A DNA stretch of 64,000 nt from Hormiphora californensis (taxonomy: Eukaryota; Animalia; Ctenophora), in contig CM035352.1 in NCBI GenBank assembly GCA_020137815.1, positions 4,526,001 through 4,590,000 of the forward strand, read 5' to 3'. Position 1 is the first letter of the stretch. Each line of letters opens with the position of its first letter. Below, one piece after another: positions 61,801 to 64,000 of this stretch. Both the position numbers and the translations under genes were made by a program. Under the pieces are notes generated by a model. It was not told the origin of the DNA and did no database searches. It worked only from the letters and a program-made list of their open reading frames with translations.

Positions 61801-63827
61801 ATCTTTACCTTTACCTCCCTTTCCCTGTCGGGAGCGGGAACGCTGGGGTATTAGCATGAGCACACGTGGATTTTATCTCCCCTCATTATCCAGGATAATG
61901 CGGGGTTGGGATATAATTTCGAGTAAGAAACTAAGTTATTAGTAAAAGTACATGACAGTCAGACCCCGACCTACCGGGATGCTCGGGGGAAAGAGTTTTA
62001 CCCGATAAATCAGGGTCCGACTGTATCTAACAAACTGTCGACCACATTCTTATTACCTTGCCAGCGTCACCACCTTCTTCATCAGAAGCGGGCTGTTTCA
62101 GTTGATCGATAACAGCAACAGCTGCCAGATACGCCTCCACAATCTGGGCTTCCTCACAGTCCTGCTGGGGTGTCTCCCTTCTGGCACTCTTTCGACCTGA
62201 TTGGGGCGCTGAGGGGTGCAGGGGTGAGGACAGACGGAACATTTCAGGGGAGATGGGATGTAGGGAAGATCGGGATCATGGATGGAAAGTTGACGGATCG
62301 AATCTTTTTTGGTGTTGTGAGGTACAAGGACATCATGACCATCGTCGCTAGAAGACTCACTACGAAACATTAATGTACTCACTCTCACGTTCCATTCCCT
62401 TTCTTGCTACCAATGGAATTCGTCTCTCTGGTTCCTGTTCTCCGCTCTCTTCAGACTCAACAGCAGGGACTCCGGGCGTTGCCCCACTTGGGCTGGAGCC
62501 AACTTTCCCAGCAGAACGGCTTCTCTCACTTCGTGCCGAGGATCTATCTCCTTTCTCATCACTGAAAATTTAATCATGCTGTTTGTGTACAAACAAATAA
62601 TCTGATTCTGTAGTTTAGACTCAAGTGGACATAGTCACAGACTAGACTGACACTGACAGTCTGTCAGAAGTTTCCCACGGTCGAACATGCGCGCATGTGG
62701 GTTATGCGCGCGAGGTAAACTCTCCATTTGGTTTGGTCCTGTCGTCATGGTGATTTGAGTAGACCCCCCTGACAATATGTAACAACATACCTGGGAGGGA
62801 CAGGAGTCTCCGTAGGGGGCAGTTCAACGAGAGGAACTCTAATGAACTCCTTTCGCGGTTCTTCCAGCACTTTACCCTCCACAACTTGGTAGTAGTCTCT
62901 AACAAGACGCACAGACCCCTGGTATCGATCAACTTCAGCCTGAAGAGAGTCAGGATTTGAAAATTCTGTCGAATTTTTCCTTACTGTGACAATATACCGA
63001 GACGAGTTAAATCTTTACCTGCATAAGCTGAATATAGTGATTGGTTAGGATTCCTATTCTATCTTCCAGCCACTGCTCAGTAATAATACTTTGTCTCTCT
63101 TCCTCAGCCTCTTCTTTCTTCTTGTCTGAGATATCCCATAACGTCTCCTGAACATCCTAAAATATGGGAGATGTTAGTTCAATTACCTAACTTTTGTAAA
63201 AGGAGGGTTAGAACATTTTTCAGAAGATATGGAAATAAACTACACTTTTGATCAAAACAAGATCCAAACACAAACCTCGACAGTCTGATGTAGCTCAGCC
63301 TTCATTTCCCCATCTTCTCTCATGTCATCAGCGACCGCATTGTAATTCTTGACCCAGCTCGTAACAAACGTTTGCTTGTTATCGGGTCTCTGTAGGAACT
63401 TCACAAAATTCTTCTTCGTAGCGAAGAAATATCGAATAATCGTCTCCCGTTCCTCCCTAATTTTCTTGAAGGTGTGCTTGCAAAGGTCCACGTATGTGTC
63501 CTGAACTAACTCCCACTGCGGGTAGAGGATATTGGCACTGTCAGGGGCGATGGGTTCATTCACATACTCCCATTCATCACTCCCTGGGAGGGTACTAGCT
63601 GAGGATGGCTCCTCAGTAATTGTCTCAGGGACTCCCTCAGGGGCGGCCGGGGTGTCTCCTACTGCAGCTGGGGTTCCAGGAATCCAGGTCTTCTCCAGCA
63701 GCAGGGGTAGCAGGCGTGGCACTATCACCCTCTGGTACGGTGGTGGCTGGGGTCGGTGGGGCCGGGGTCGGGGTCTTCTTTTCGAGAGATTGGACCAGAA
63801 TGTCTTCCACTTTTTCCTCGACATTGC
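55152..63827 (-). CDS. SPEF2: Sperm flagellar protein 2-like (central-pair protein), 3' exons; 5' part outside the window
   Basis: EWEYVNEPI, QWELVQDTY, KKNFVKFLQRPDNKQTFV, DDMREDGEMKAELHQTVE|DVQETLWDISDKKKEEAEEERQ, FTVSQYTIEYTDVLLLFSSDPD, EF-hand-like DKEGNG. About 14 GT-AG exons; last exon DYATLILD...QPLV*. Confidence 0.85.
55336..55914. mobile_element. Non-autonomous element with poly-G/poly-C termini, TIRs and 6-bp TSD
   Basis: atactt|gggg...tccagccctaaaaaaagctaa ... ttagctttttttagggctggacccc|atactt, with internal (ttagcttttt)n and (gctaaaaaaa)n arrays. Confidence 0.8.
57840..58420. repeat. ~170-185-bp tandem satellite-like repeat (about 3.5 units) within a larger intronic element
   Basis: Recurrent ctggtcctagaacgttttcatggacatattt...tcgatttatgggggg...tatctcgcaccgtt at ~57860, 57981, 58144 and 58309. 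Confidence 0.85.
58500..58978. repeat. ~90-bp inverted repeats enclosing a (GA)n tract
   Basis: aattaagtccaaaaacc...ctttaggctactgtcataa (58500-58589) versus its reverse complement (58887-58978). Confidence 0.85.
59522..60610 (-). pseudogene. GNMT: Glycine N-methyltransferase (intronless, nested in a SPEF2 intron) with a MITE inserted near the C-terminus; disrupted allele or altered C-terminus
   Basis: PYADGREARIWHLYMGD, VYDVACASGIDSVMLVEEG, DAIICIGNSF, LKPGGVLIIDHRNFD, IYYN. Removing the MITE restores FVPNYWIHVIVKQAIN*. Confidence 0.85.
59561..59732. mobile_element. Tc1/mariner-type MITE inside the GNMT CDS
   Basis: ta|cagtcggaccccgatttaccggg...cccggtaaatcggggtccgactg|ta. Shorter relatives at ~17540-17616, ~43878 and ~61956-62023. 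Confidence 0.9.
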
Positions 63828-64000
63828 CTGGGAGAGAGATAAATATGAGAAATATGGATAATAGGGAGATGGAGGGAGAAAGAGAGAGAAAGGAGTTGGT
63901 AAAGATCACTTTTGATCGCTATAGCAACTTAAGCCCCCCACAGAGCAATCGCTTACAATGAAAGAGTCTTACATTTCCCTCTCGGAGTATGTGGGATTGA

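Overview
Eukaryotic, intron-rich animal genomic DNA with many microsatellites and MITEs. The MITE families resemble repeats I recall from the ctenophore Pleurobrachia; that assignment is an inference and is unverified. Genes from left to right: MFSD9-like transporter (-), two tandem tectonic paralogs (-), an intron-rich HSP70 lacking the lid and EEVD (-), SH3BGRL-like (+), GRTP1/TBC1D6-like RabGAP (+), a repeat-rich MCRIP/FAM195-like gene (+), a large receptor guanylyl cyclase (-), a small spliced ORFan (+), and the 3' part of SPEF2 (-). The cyclase hosts three nested genes (prolyl 4-hydroxylase, Pim-like kinase, an acidic protein), and SPEF2 hosts a MITE-disrupted GNMT. The main finding is that the cyclase appears to have two alternative N-terminal ectodomain modules. 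One has 5 exons and the other is a single exon. Each has its own signal peptide, and both end in a phase-1 donor compatible with one shared downstream exon, giving a variable/constant receptor architecture. Other recurrent patterns are tandem repeats seeded on splice sites and stop codons, tiny MITEs with 9-bp TSDs, and splice acceptors just upstream of start codons (possible SL trans-splicing). Exon coordinates were read by eye and may be off by a few bases.
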